A DNA stretch of 64,000 nucleotides, taken from positions 64,001-128,000 of IMG/VR virus record IMGVR_UViG_3300045988_168162. One strand, written 5' to 3'. Below are positions 36,680 to 44,407 of this stretch, piece by piece (the first letter of the stretch is position 1; each line of letters opens with the position of its first letter). Made by a program: the position numbers and the translations under genes. The notes beneath the pieces were generated by a model. The model was not told the origin of the DNA. It saw only the letters and a program-made list of their open reading frames with translations, and did not search any database. Origin of the DNA: a virus.

Positions 36680-36772
36680 ATGATTAAGAATATTCTGCGG
36701 GGGGGGGGGTATAGTAATCTAAACTATACCTCTGATATGGATACTTGTGCCGGAAAGGCGGTGCGAGTATGA
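36680..36772 (+). promoter_or_regulatory. leader 3: mini-ORF (30 aa in the current frame), G11 tract (36699-36709), hairpin 1 (36706-36732), hairpin 2 (36744-36767); the mini-ORF TGA overlaps the cassette ATG
   Basis: TTGGAGG SD; stems GGGGTATAG/CTATACCTC and CTTGTGCCG/CGGTGCGAG; ATGA junction at 36769-36772. Confidence 0.6.
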
Positions 36773-37173
36773 GTGTTGCGTTGATGGGACCTGGTGGCGG
36801 CGACTCGAATTTTAAAAAGATGTTTAAAGATTTGTCGTTTTCAAGTGCCGAAAGGGTTCTGCTCTGGACAAATAGCAATCACACAAATAATAACACAGGC
36901 AGTGTTACTGCCGATACTGGCTCTCAGCTTTATGCTGCTTATTGTATAACTGTAAAAGGGCACTCTTCTCTTAGTCCACAATATGTAGCTGAATTTATTG
37001 CTATTCGTGGTGCATCTCATAATGCCGTTGGTGGAATTGATAGAAGCATTTGGCGTGGTGTTAAAATTGATGGTTCAAACATTACAATAGGAACACCATA
37101 TGCTGGTGAAACAACGCACTGGGAGAGTACCATTGTGTACCAGATTTATGGCATCAAAGGAACAGAACTTTAA
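36769..37173 (+). CDS. cassette protein 4
   Basis: MSVALMGPGGGDSNFKK...; unique C-terminus. Confidence 0.6.
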   Translation: MSVALMGPGGGDSNFKKMFKDLSFSSAERVLLWTNSNHTNNNTGSVTADTGSQLYAAYCITVKGHSSLSPQYVAEFIAIRGASHNAVGGIDRSIWRGVKIDGSNITIGTPYAGETTHWESTIVYQIYGIKGTEL

Positions 37174-37189
37174 TTAAATTATGTTATAG

Positions 37190-37228
37190 CCTCGCACCTT
37201 GGATAGGTGCGGGGCGATTTTTTATTTT
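37190..37228 (+). terminator. rho-independent terminator
   Basis: CCTCGCACC / GGTGCGGGG stem, then a T-rich run. Confidence 0.6.
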
Positions 37229-37243
37229 AAAGGAGAATTTTGT

Positions 37244-37741
37244 ATGGAAATTAAGAAAAATATTACCGTGCAGGAGCGCGTGGATTTTGTGAATTTTGTT
37301 GTGGATACTTGCACGGTGGATAGCCGCTATGTACCGGCACTGTTTGATTTTGCCTGGCGTGCGGGCGTGGTGAAGTTTTTTGCACCGGAGGTTTGGGAGC
37401 ACCTGGGCGGCCAGGATGATATTTGCGATTTTGTGTACAGCCGTGACGGCATTGAAATTGTAGAACACCCGGATATTGCCGAGGTCACCGCTGGCCTGTA
37501 TGAAGCCTGCCAGGAAGAGATTAAGAACCGGCGCGAGGAATATATGGTGGTTTACCAGAGCGTGGCACACCCTGACCCGATGGACCGTATTGCGGATGCC
37601 TTTGAAGAGATTGCAGGAGCCATGAAGGGGCTGAATGACCCGGACATGCTGGTGGAGATTGCCAAGAAGGCCGGGCTGGTAGGGAAGAAGGCTGCACCGG
37701 CTGGTAAGGCTGTACCGCTGGAGCTTGCTAAGAAGGAGTAA
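37244..37741 (+). CDS. tail assembly chaperone candidate
   Basis: AAGGAG SD; acidic 165 aa protein two genes upstream of the tape measure. Confidence 0.4.
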   Translation: MEIKKNITVQERVDFVNFVVDTCTVDSRYVPALFDFAWRAGVVKFFAPEVWEHLGGQDDICDFVYSRDGIEIVEHPDIAEVTAGLYEACQEEIKNRREEYMVVYQSVAHPDPMDRIADAFEEIAGAMKGLNDPDMLVEIAKKAGLVGKKAAPAGKAVPLELAKKE

Positions 37742-37744
37742 GAC

Positions 37745-38218
37745 ATGGCTACGGTAACAACGCTGAAAGGTTTAGAGCTTGAAATGCAGCGGCGCATTAA
37801 CCGTGCCCTACGTGGAGAAGTTGCGAACGAAGTAGAGAAATGCGTGCAGAAACATGTGCAGCAGGATGTTTTAAGCAAATATGAGCCTGTTGCATATGAA
37901 CGGCGTGGCGGTGGCGGCCTGGAAGGTGAGGCCAATATCAAAAGCGCTGTACGAGACAAAACTTTGACGGTTAAGGATGTGGCACAAATAGAGGGGCCAA
38001 GACTCCCTGGTTACTCGGCCAGTCATGCTTCTGACACTGAATTTTCCAAACTGATTGAAGGATATGGAAAAGGCGTTGCGAACCCGTGGGGTGGCAGGAA
38101 TGGTGCGTGGACAAAACCGCGCCCATTTATGACAAATGCAAAAAAAGAGATTGTCCGTGAAAATAGTCAGGTTCATGGGCGGATTGTAAAAGCTATAAAA
38201 AAGCAATTTCCTGAATAA
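37745..38218 (+). CDS. HK97 gp10-like tail component
   Basis: LEMQRRINRALRGEVANEV ... KPRPFMTNAKKE resembles the gp10-family pattern. Confidence 0.45.
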   Translation: MATVTTLKGLELEMQRRINRALRGEVANEVEKCVQKHVQQDVLSKYEPVAYERRGGGGLEGEANIKSAVRDKTLTVKDVAQIEGPRLPGYSASHASDTEFSKLIEGYGKGVANPWGGRNGAWTKPRPFMTNAKKEIVRENSQVHGRIVKAIKKQFPE

Positions 38219-38306
38219 ACGGCAGAGGCTTCGGCCTTTGTCTTGAGTGGTTAGTGATAAATAACCGTTGAAGAGAAAGGCCGAAAGCCATAAGGAGGAT
38301 AAAATT

Positions 38307-41300
38307 ATGGCAGAAGATTTAAATATTAAGGTAAAGGTAACACCTGATACCAGTGGGGTACAGGGAGAGCTAAATGGACAGGCTGGTAGGTTTAATTTGC
38401 CAGTAAAAGTGTCACTGCAGAATGTTGCGGATATACAAACTCAAATTCAAAATATCGGCAAAAACATTGATGTTAAAGTTAATCTTACTATGGCACAGAA
38501 CGGTGTAAAAAATCAACTAAATAGTTTAAAGAATCAAAAGGTTGATATGCAACTGTTCGACACCACGAAACTTACGCAGGAATTAAATAAAGTAAGCAGT
38601 GCTATTGAAAAAGCTGTCTCAAAGATTCAGATCGCTTTGTCTACAAAGATAGATTCTACAATGAAGGCAACTGCGAGCAATGTCGAAAACCTCGGAAAAT
38701 CTTTTGGCACTATTCAGACAAGAATAGATTCTATTAAAAATACTGGCGACAAGGCTAAAATGCAGGCCGGCCTCGATACTGCCAAGAAGAACTATAACAA
38801 TCTTATTCAGCTTGGCACATTGACAACAGAACAATTTAGTGGGATGGCTACTCAGCTTGCTATGGTGAATCGCCAAGTTCTTGACATTGTTGCGTCTGAA
38901 AAGAAATTAGAAAATCAAGCAGCAAGAGTCGCCAAGATCAATATGCGTGGCGATGAACTTATTGATTCTTACAATCGTGGTAATGCAGATTTGAAAGATG
39001 TGTATGATGCGTCTGCTAAGAAATATAGAACAAAAGACGACAGAAACGCAAAACGCAGATTGGATCGACAGCAAAATAGGATTAGCGGTCTCATTCAAAA
39101 TTTCCAGAACAATCCTACGACAGAAAACTTTGATCTTCTATCTCATGAAATTACGATGTATGAGCGAAACAGCAATGATTTGCAGAGTACATTAAGAGCC
39201 GAAAAGAAAGAATGGGAAGATAACGAAAAAGCAAAACAGAATGCTGCAAAAGCTACTGCTGCCGTGGCAAAGAAGACGCAGGAAGCGCAACAAAAAGCAG
39301 AAGATGCACGAAAAAAGACTGCATCGAATTTGAATCAGCAATTTGCAAATTCTGATTTTTCTGATTCGCAAATTAAATATTTCGCAGCAAAAAACAACGG
39401 TTATAGCACTGCAGATATGAAGCGGTACTTCGCAAGTACAGACAAATGGAACATTAAGCTCAAATCCGCGATTTCCGCATTTAATAATGATCCTACTGAA
39501 CAGAATCTTAAAAAGCTGACTACTACCTATAATGGATATATTACCGCCAAGAAAAAGTTGGATACTTCCTTGACTGAAGAAAAATCCAAATGGGAAAAGA
39601 CAGCAGCCGGTATTAAAAAATCCGGGGAAGACCTTGGCAAAACATATTCGGCGCTTGAACAGAAAAAGGCAAAACTTGATTCTACTTACACCAAAAAAGT
39701 AGAAGGAACACAATTTACAAATCAGGCCATTGAAGATCTTGCAAAAGGGCAAAATGGCACGACCAGTATTGCTACATTGTTTACTGATGCAGAGACCGCG
39801 AAAAAAGATTTTGAAAAAAATATGGACAGCGGTTCTCTTGCACGATATAAAGCTGCAATAGAAGCTTTGACGCAGGCGCTTGCCAAAATGGACGCAGAGC
39901 TTACTGTAGCCGCAAAAAGCTCTGACCAGTTCAATAGTCAAATGCGGGCAAAACAGAACAAATACTCCAGTGAGATGACCCGGCTTAGTCAGTCCGGCAC
40001 TGATTTACAGGATCTTGCAATAAGAACTGGCCATGGAAACATGGTTAATAGCAACACGGCGGAAGGCGTACTTTGGGGAGAAGTTTCTGACGCCAGCAAA
40101 GAAGCAAGAACCGCAATGGCGGAGTTCGATCAAAAGCTTGACACAAACAGCCTTTTGAAGTACGAGCAGGCATTGCAGCACCTAAAAGAGTTGCTATCTC
40201 AGTTCCGTGATGAACTGACGAAAACTATTACTGCTACTAATAAGATGGGCGATATTAAAGATACAAACGCCGCCCAAATGAGTGAATATCAGAAGAGTTT
40301 GCAGGAGCTTACCGCAAGATATAATACCGCTGTTGCAAGTAAACAGGCCAACGGTAAGGATATGGGCGGTTTGCTTGTCGGAACGGATTTAACTGCTATC
40401 AATGACGCTTACACTAAAGCAGATCAAGCCAAAGCGAATTTTGAGCGCGATATGAATCAGACTTCGCTGGCTGCCTACAAAACGGCCATGGCTGCTTTGG
40501 CGCAGGAAATTCGCAATCTGACTTCTGCTTTGGACTCTGCTGATAATTCTGCGGAGAAGGCATTTAGTTCGTTGCCAACACAGATGAATGCTGTCGAAGG
40601 CACCCTCAAGACGTTAAATGATACATATCGTGCGCAGCAAAACCGCGGTAAAAGTGATGCTGGCGTAGAAAGCACAATTCAGCTTTATACTGATGTGCTT
40701 AAAGAGATGCGGCAGATAGAAGCTTCTGGCAGTAATGACTATTCTCAATTCACGGAAATGTTCAAGAAGTTTGATTCGCAATTGCAAGCATCTGGCATTA
40801 ACATCAATAACTTTACAGACTTCATGCGAGCCATGAATTCCGTGGCTACTCAGGCAAAAGTTTCTATTGGTGATCTTGGCAACGAATTCAAACAGCAACA
40901 GAGCATTGAGTCTTTGAATAAGCGCTTGAACAATCTACTGTATACCATGGAGCGCTATGTTGAGATCAATAAAAAGATCCAGGGCAATTCTGACGTAATG
41001 AACCAGTACAATAGTGTGAAATCTGATATTCAGAGTGCCTTGCGGAGTACAGATGGCGCATTTAAAGAAAGTACATTGTCTAAGGCTGCTGAAGGATTTT
41101 CGGCACTGAAAAAACAGGCGCAGGATCTTGAGCTTGAGGGTAAGACACTGAGCCAAGTATTCCAGAATCTGTTTGGCCAGCATTTTAGTACGATGGTCGC
41201 CATGGGTGCGCTGCATTTGATGCAGAATAGCTTACAGCAGGTTTATCAGAATGTCGTGGATATTGATACGGCTATGACGGAACTGAAGAAGGTTACGGAT

Positions 41301-42359
41301 GAGACGAGCTCGACTTATTCTAAGTTTTTGAGTGACGCCGGTAACCAGGCCAAGGAGTTGGGCGCCAGTGTTAGCGATGTGGTTAGCGCGACTGCCGACT
41401 TTGCCCGGCTTGGATATAACTTACAGGATGCCAATGAGATTGCCGAGTCTGCCATTATGTTTAACCGTGTTGGCGACGGCGTTTCTGATGTTAATGAGGC
41501 CAGCGAAGATATTATTTCGGCTATGAAGGCTTTTAATATCGAGGCCGAAAACAGTCAGCAAATCGTTGACAAATACAACGAGGTAGGTAATAATTATGCC
41601 ATCAGTTCGGCAGGTGTCGCGGACGCCTTGACTAGATCGGCCGCTGCACTGCATGCCGCCGGAAACGATATTAACCAATCTATTGGTATGATCGTAGCAG
41701 CCAATGATGTCGCCCAATCGCCCGAGCAGGTAGGAAATGCCTTAAAGGTACTTTCTTTACGTATTCGTGGAGCGACTACTGAACTTGAGGCCATGGGCGA
41801 AGATGCCGACGGAGCCGCGACCAGCACAGCAAAACTACAGGCTGAAATTAAGGCTTTGTCTGGCGTTAATATCATGAAGGATCGGGATACATTCAAATCT
41901 ACATACGAAATCTTGGATGAATTGGCTGATAAGTGGGATAGTCTAACTGACGTCTCCAAGGCCAGCATCCTGGAGGACCTTGCTGGCAAAAACCGCGCCA
42001 GTGTTGTAGCCGGTATGTTGGAAAACTGGGATGATGCCAAGAAAGCCATGGAGACAGCACAGAAAAGTGCAGGCAGCGCAGAAGCGGAGTTGGAGACAGC
42101 ATTGGATTCCGTGCAGGGCAAGCTCTCTCAGTTCCAAGCTACTTTTCAATCTTTTTCCGAGACCGTCCTCGATTCTGATTTAGTTAAAGGTATTATTGAT
42201 TTTGGTACAAGCGCACTAGATGCTGCAGATGGATTTACCAAATGGGCCGGAGTAATCCCGACCTTGACCGCAGCATTAAGTGCCTTTTTGTCGTTGTCTG
42301 GTACGAAGACTCAGGGCAGTATTCAGATGCTCGCTTACGCAGTAGGAATAGCTGCGTAG
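38307..42359 (+). CDS. tape measure protein, N-terminal part (contains a TP901-type core)
   Basis: AAGGAGG SD; long coiled coil; core region TELKKVTDETS...GYNLQDANEIAESAIMFNRVGDG...AGVADALTRSAAAL; ends in a hydrophobic segment. Confidence 0.8.
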   Translation: MAEDLNIKVKVTPDTSGVQGELNGQAGRFNLPVKVSLQNVADIQTQIQNIGKNIDVKVNLTMAQNGVKNQLNSLKNQKVDMQLFDTTKLTQELNKVSSAIEKAVSKIQIALSTKIDSTMKATASNVENLGKSFGTIQTRIDSIKNTGDKAKMQAGLDTAKKNYNNLIQLGTLTTEQFSGMATQLAMVNRQVLDIVASEKKLENQAARVAKINMRGDELIDSYNRGNADLKDVYDASAKKYRTKDDRNAKRRLDRQQNRISGLIQNFQNNPTTENFDLLSHEITMYERNSNDLQSTLRAEKKEWEDNEKAKQNAAKATAAVAKKTQEAQQKAEDARKKTASNLNQQFANSDFSDSQIKYFAAKNNGYSTADMKRYFASTDKWNIKLKSAISAFNNDPTEQNLKKLTTTYNGYITAKKKLDTSLTEEKSKWEKTAAGIKKSGEDLGKTYSALEQKKAKLDSTYTKKVEGTQFTNQAIEDLAKGQNGTTSIATLFTDAETAKKDFEKNMDSGSLARYKAAIEALTQALAKMDAELTVAAKSSDQFNSQMRAKQNKYSSEMTRLSQSGTDLQDLAIRTGHGNMVNSNTAEGVLWGEVSDASKEARTAMAEFDQKLDTNSLLKYEQALQHLKELLSQFRDELTKTITATNKMGDIKDTNAAQMSEYQKSLQELTARYNTAVASKQANGKDMGGLLVGTDLTAINDAYTKADQAKANFERDMNQTSLAAYKTAMAALAQEIRNLTSALDSADNSAEKAFSSLPTQMNAVEGTLKTLNDTYRAQQNRGKSDAGVESTIQLYTDVLKEMRQIEASGSNDYSQFTEMFKKFDSQLQASGININNFTDFMRAMNSVATQAKVSIGDLGNEFKQQQSIESLNKRLNNLLYTMERYVEINKKIQGNSDVMNQYNSVKSDIQSALRSTDGAFKESTLSKAAEGFSALKKQAQDLELEGKTLSQVFQNLFGQHFSTMVAMGALHLMQNSLQQVYQNVVDIDTAMTELKKVTDETSSTYSKFLSDAGNQAKELGASVSDVVSATADFARLGYNLQDANEIAESAIMFNRVGDGVSDVNEASEDIISAMKAFNIEAENSQQIVDKYNEVGNNYAISSAGVADALTRSAAALHAAGNDINQSIGMIVAANDVAQSPEQVGNALKVLSLRIRGATTELEAMGEDADGAATSTAKLQAEIKALSGVNIMKDRDTFKSTYEILDELADKWDSLTDVSKASILEDLAGKNRASVVAGMLENWDDAKKAMETAQKSAGSAEAELETALDSVQGKLSQFQATFQSFSETVLDSDLVKGIIDFGTSALDAADGFTKWAGVIPTLTAALSAFLSLSGTKTQGSIQMLAYAVGIAA

Positions 42360-42595
42360 GATGCAACCTGAGTCCTATTATAAATACCCAAACTGCTGGG
42401 AAAAGCTAAGAGCCGTGTGACCACAATAGGGGAATGATCCGCTATGACGGTGCCGAAAGGCAGAAACAACAACACGGATGCGATAAGCTGAGATAAAAGC
42501 TGCTATCGCGTAAGTTGACATAAGATATTAAAACTACGGGGCTTCGTGTAGTGCCAAGAACGAGGCGGTGATTGATTTGGAGGTGGAGGTGTGGT

Positions 42596-42856
42596 ATGAT
42601 TAAAGAAATAGCTCATAAGATGTGGAATAAAATACTTGTAAAACGAAATATATGGTGGTTGAACAAATACGGTGATGAGCTAAACAAAAAGTACAATGGT
42701 AAAATGCTTTTGATTGTGGATTGCGAAGTAGTTGCAGTTGGCTCATTTTTAAGTGACATGCCGCATAACAATGAACCTGGGGCACTGTACTGCCAAACAA
42801 AGATTGTTGATCCGTATAGGTATTTTGATTTTAGTAAGAAAACTTCTAAACCATAA
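42596..42856 (+). CDS. hypothetical protein (86 aa), first gene of the island
   Basis: GGAGGTGGAGG SD; 15 nt before the next gene. Confidence 0.45.
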   Translation: MIKEIAHKMWNKILVKRNIWWLNKYGDELNKKYNGKMLLIVDCEVVAVGSFLSDMPHNNEPGALYCQTKIVDPYRYFDFSKKTSKP

Positions 42857-42870
42857 AGGAGTAAATAAAA

Positions 42871-43299
42871 ATGGCTGCATATACATTTGACGGAATTCCA
42901 GCAGGGGCGCTTACAATTGGTATTCTTGTGGATGTGTATGCAAATTTTGCACGAAAATGTGTTACTGGAATTATAGATACTGGGTGCTCAAATACATGTA
43001 TTTCTGAGGAATTGGCAGGGATAATGGAGTTGCATCCTTGTGGCCATACAGAATATACTGTTGTTGGCGGAGATAGGGTTTCCGTCAATAAATACATGGT
43101 TAATATAATGATTGATGACACAATACCGTGCGGAGACATCGAAGCAGGTTCTTACCATAAAGGCTCGGAATTTTACGATGTGATTATTGGCATGGATATA
43201 CTTAGTAAGTGCGATTTTGCAGTTACAAGCGCAAATGGCCACATGAAGCTAACTATGGAGTATCCTTCTAAACGAGACCTCGATTTTACAAAAGAATAA
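42871..43299 (+). CDS. retropepsin-like (clan AA) aspartic protease
   Basis: GIIDTGCSNTCIS (DTG active-site motif) and VIIGMDILSK. Confidence 0.6.
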   Translation: MAAYTFDGIPAGALTIGILVDVYANFARKCVTGIIDTGCSNTCISEELAGIMELHPCGHTEYTVVGGDRVSVNKYMVNIMIDDTIPCGDIEAGSYHKGSEFYDVIIGMDILSKCDFAVTSANGHMKLTMEYPSKRDLDFTKE

Positions 43300-43560
43300 C
43301 CGCAGGGTGGCACCTACGGCTATACATTTAATATTTTATGTCAGCTTACGCGGAGGCAGTGCTAAGTCGCGTAAACAATGTTTAATCAGCAGCCGGAGAC
43401 CCGTGCAGTTTACTGCACAGATGGAGGGTGTGACCTCTGGGTTTCTGGTTCATCGACTGTATGGGTAGCCCTATTCTATGGCCTTTGCCGGATGGGAGGA
43501 AAGACAGTCAGAACATCATGGGAAAGCCATGAGAAGGTTATAATTTTACAACCATGGGTA

Positions 43561-43589
43561 TTGACATACAACTAAAGGTGTGGTATTAT
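43561..43589 (+). promoter_or_regulatory. sigma70 promoter with extended -10
   Basis: TTGACA, 17 nt spacer, TGgTATTAT. Confidence 0.5.
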
Positions 43590-43595
43590 AATTGC

Positions 43596-43730
43596 GCCGA
43601 AAAGTTAGGAATGTTGCAGCCACAGAATTAAAGCCACCTTTTCTTTAAACTGTAGGTCATTTATCTCCAATTCCTTGTCAGTACCCTTTCCGGTATAGTC
43701 GCTGGGTTTGTCCGCCTGGCGGCTTTTTTG
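43596..43730 (+). ncRNA. candidate small RNA of about 135 nt
   Basis: Lies between the promoter at 43561 and a hairpin plus T6 at 43724-43729; only a 6-codon ORF inside. Confidence 0.35.
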
Positions 43731-43773
43731 TTTATAGGTATAATTTTGAGTTATCGGATTGTAAATATTTTTC

Positions 43774-43830
43774 TTGACATGAGGTTCAATTGAACTTATA
43801 ATATAGAAAAGAGTTCAGATGAACTTATAA
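43774..43830 (+). promoter_or_regulatory. consensus promoter with two palindromic operator-like sites
   Basis: TTGACA (43774), 17 nt spacer, TATAAT (43797); GTTCAATTGAAC (43784-43795) inside the spacer and GTTCAGATGAAC (43813-43824), each followed by TTATAA. Confidence 0.6.
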
Positions 43831-43844
43831 GGAGATATTTTGCA

Positions 43845-44177
43845 ATGGAAGAATTGAGCCTTGACGGATTCACTTTGGTAAACCTTACGTCCGCTTCGAC
43901 TTTACATCAAAAAAGGCTTGTGTTGGAGCTTACACAGCAACAAGTGGCTGACCGTGCGAACATAGACTTGCAGCAGTACCGTAAATTTGAATCCGGTGCA
44001 AGAGATGTACGCAGAGCCTCTTTTGATGTTGCTTGCCGTGTGATTAAAGCGCTGGAGATGGATGTTGGGAAATTTTTTGATGGTGATTATAGTTTTGGAG
44101 AAGAAATTTACAGCGAAAACGGCGAACTGAAATACAAAAAGACTGGCAGATCAACAAGCGATAATATTGACCAGTAA
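43845..44177 (+). CDS. XRE-family helix-turn-helix regulator
   Basis: LTQQQVADRANIDLQQYRKFESG pattern. Confidence 0.7.
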   Translation: MEELSLDGFTLVNLTSASTLHQKRLVLELTQQQVADRANIDLQQYRKFESGARDVRRASFDVACRVIKALEMDVGKFFDGDYSFGEEIYSENGELKYKKTGRSTSDNIDQ

Positions 44178-44201
44178 TAAATACTTGATATAAAAGTAAG
44201 A

Positions 44202-44232
44202 CCGCCCCTGCGAAGGGACGGCCTTTTATTGT
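44202..44232 (+). terminator. possible terminator
   Basis: CCGCCCC..GGGACGG stem with one mismatch, then TTTTATTGTTT. Confidence 0.4.
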
Positions 44233-44248
44233 TTATGAGGAGGTTTTT

Positions 44249-44407
44249 ATGACTTTACAGATTACAGGAGACGCAAAAGAAATAGCCGAATTGATTGAGA
44301 TGTTACAAAAGCAGTGCACTAAAGATGCCAAATTGAGAAATTATGTTTGCGGTTGCATCGAGAATAATAGTGGATCAATCAAATTGTCAAGACAAAATCT
44401 CGGGTGA
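44249..44407 (+). CDS. small hypothetical protein (52 aa)
   Basis: GAGGAGG SD 7 nt upstream; found by hand; 3' end overlaps the convergent gene. Confidence 0.4.
   Translation: MTLQITGDAKEIAELIEMLQKQCTKDAKLRNYVCGCIENNSGSIKLSRQNLG

Noticed and set aside
34606-36772. T4 gene-60-like ribosomal bypass (Gly take-off codons at the foot of a hairpin, a stop codon in the loop, Gly-rich landing region)
   Set aside because: The geometry is suggestive, but there is no consistent matching landing codon across the three copies (GGG, GGA or none). An independent start codon also makes hopping unnecessary. This remains only an untested alternative.
43378-43575. 65 aa ORF (MFNQQPETRAV...) in the island
   Set aside because: It has no SD and lies across the stem-rich non-coding region. 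Its composition is Cys/Trp/Gly-rich and unlike its neighbours.
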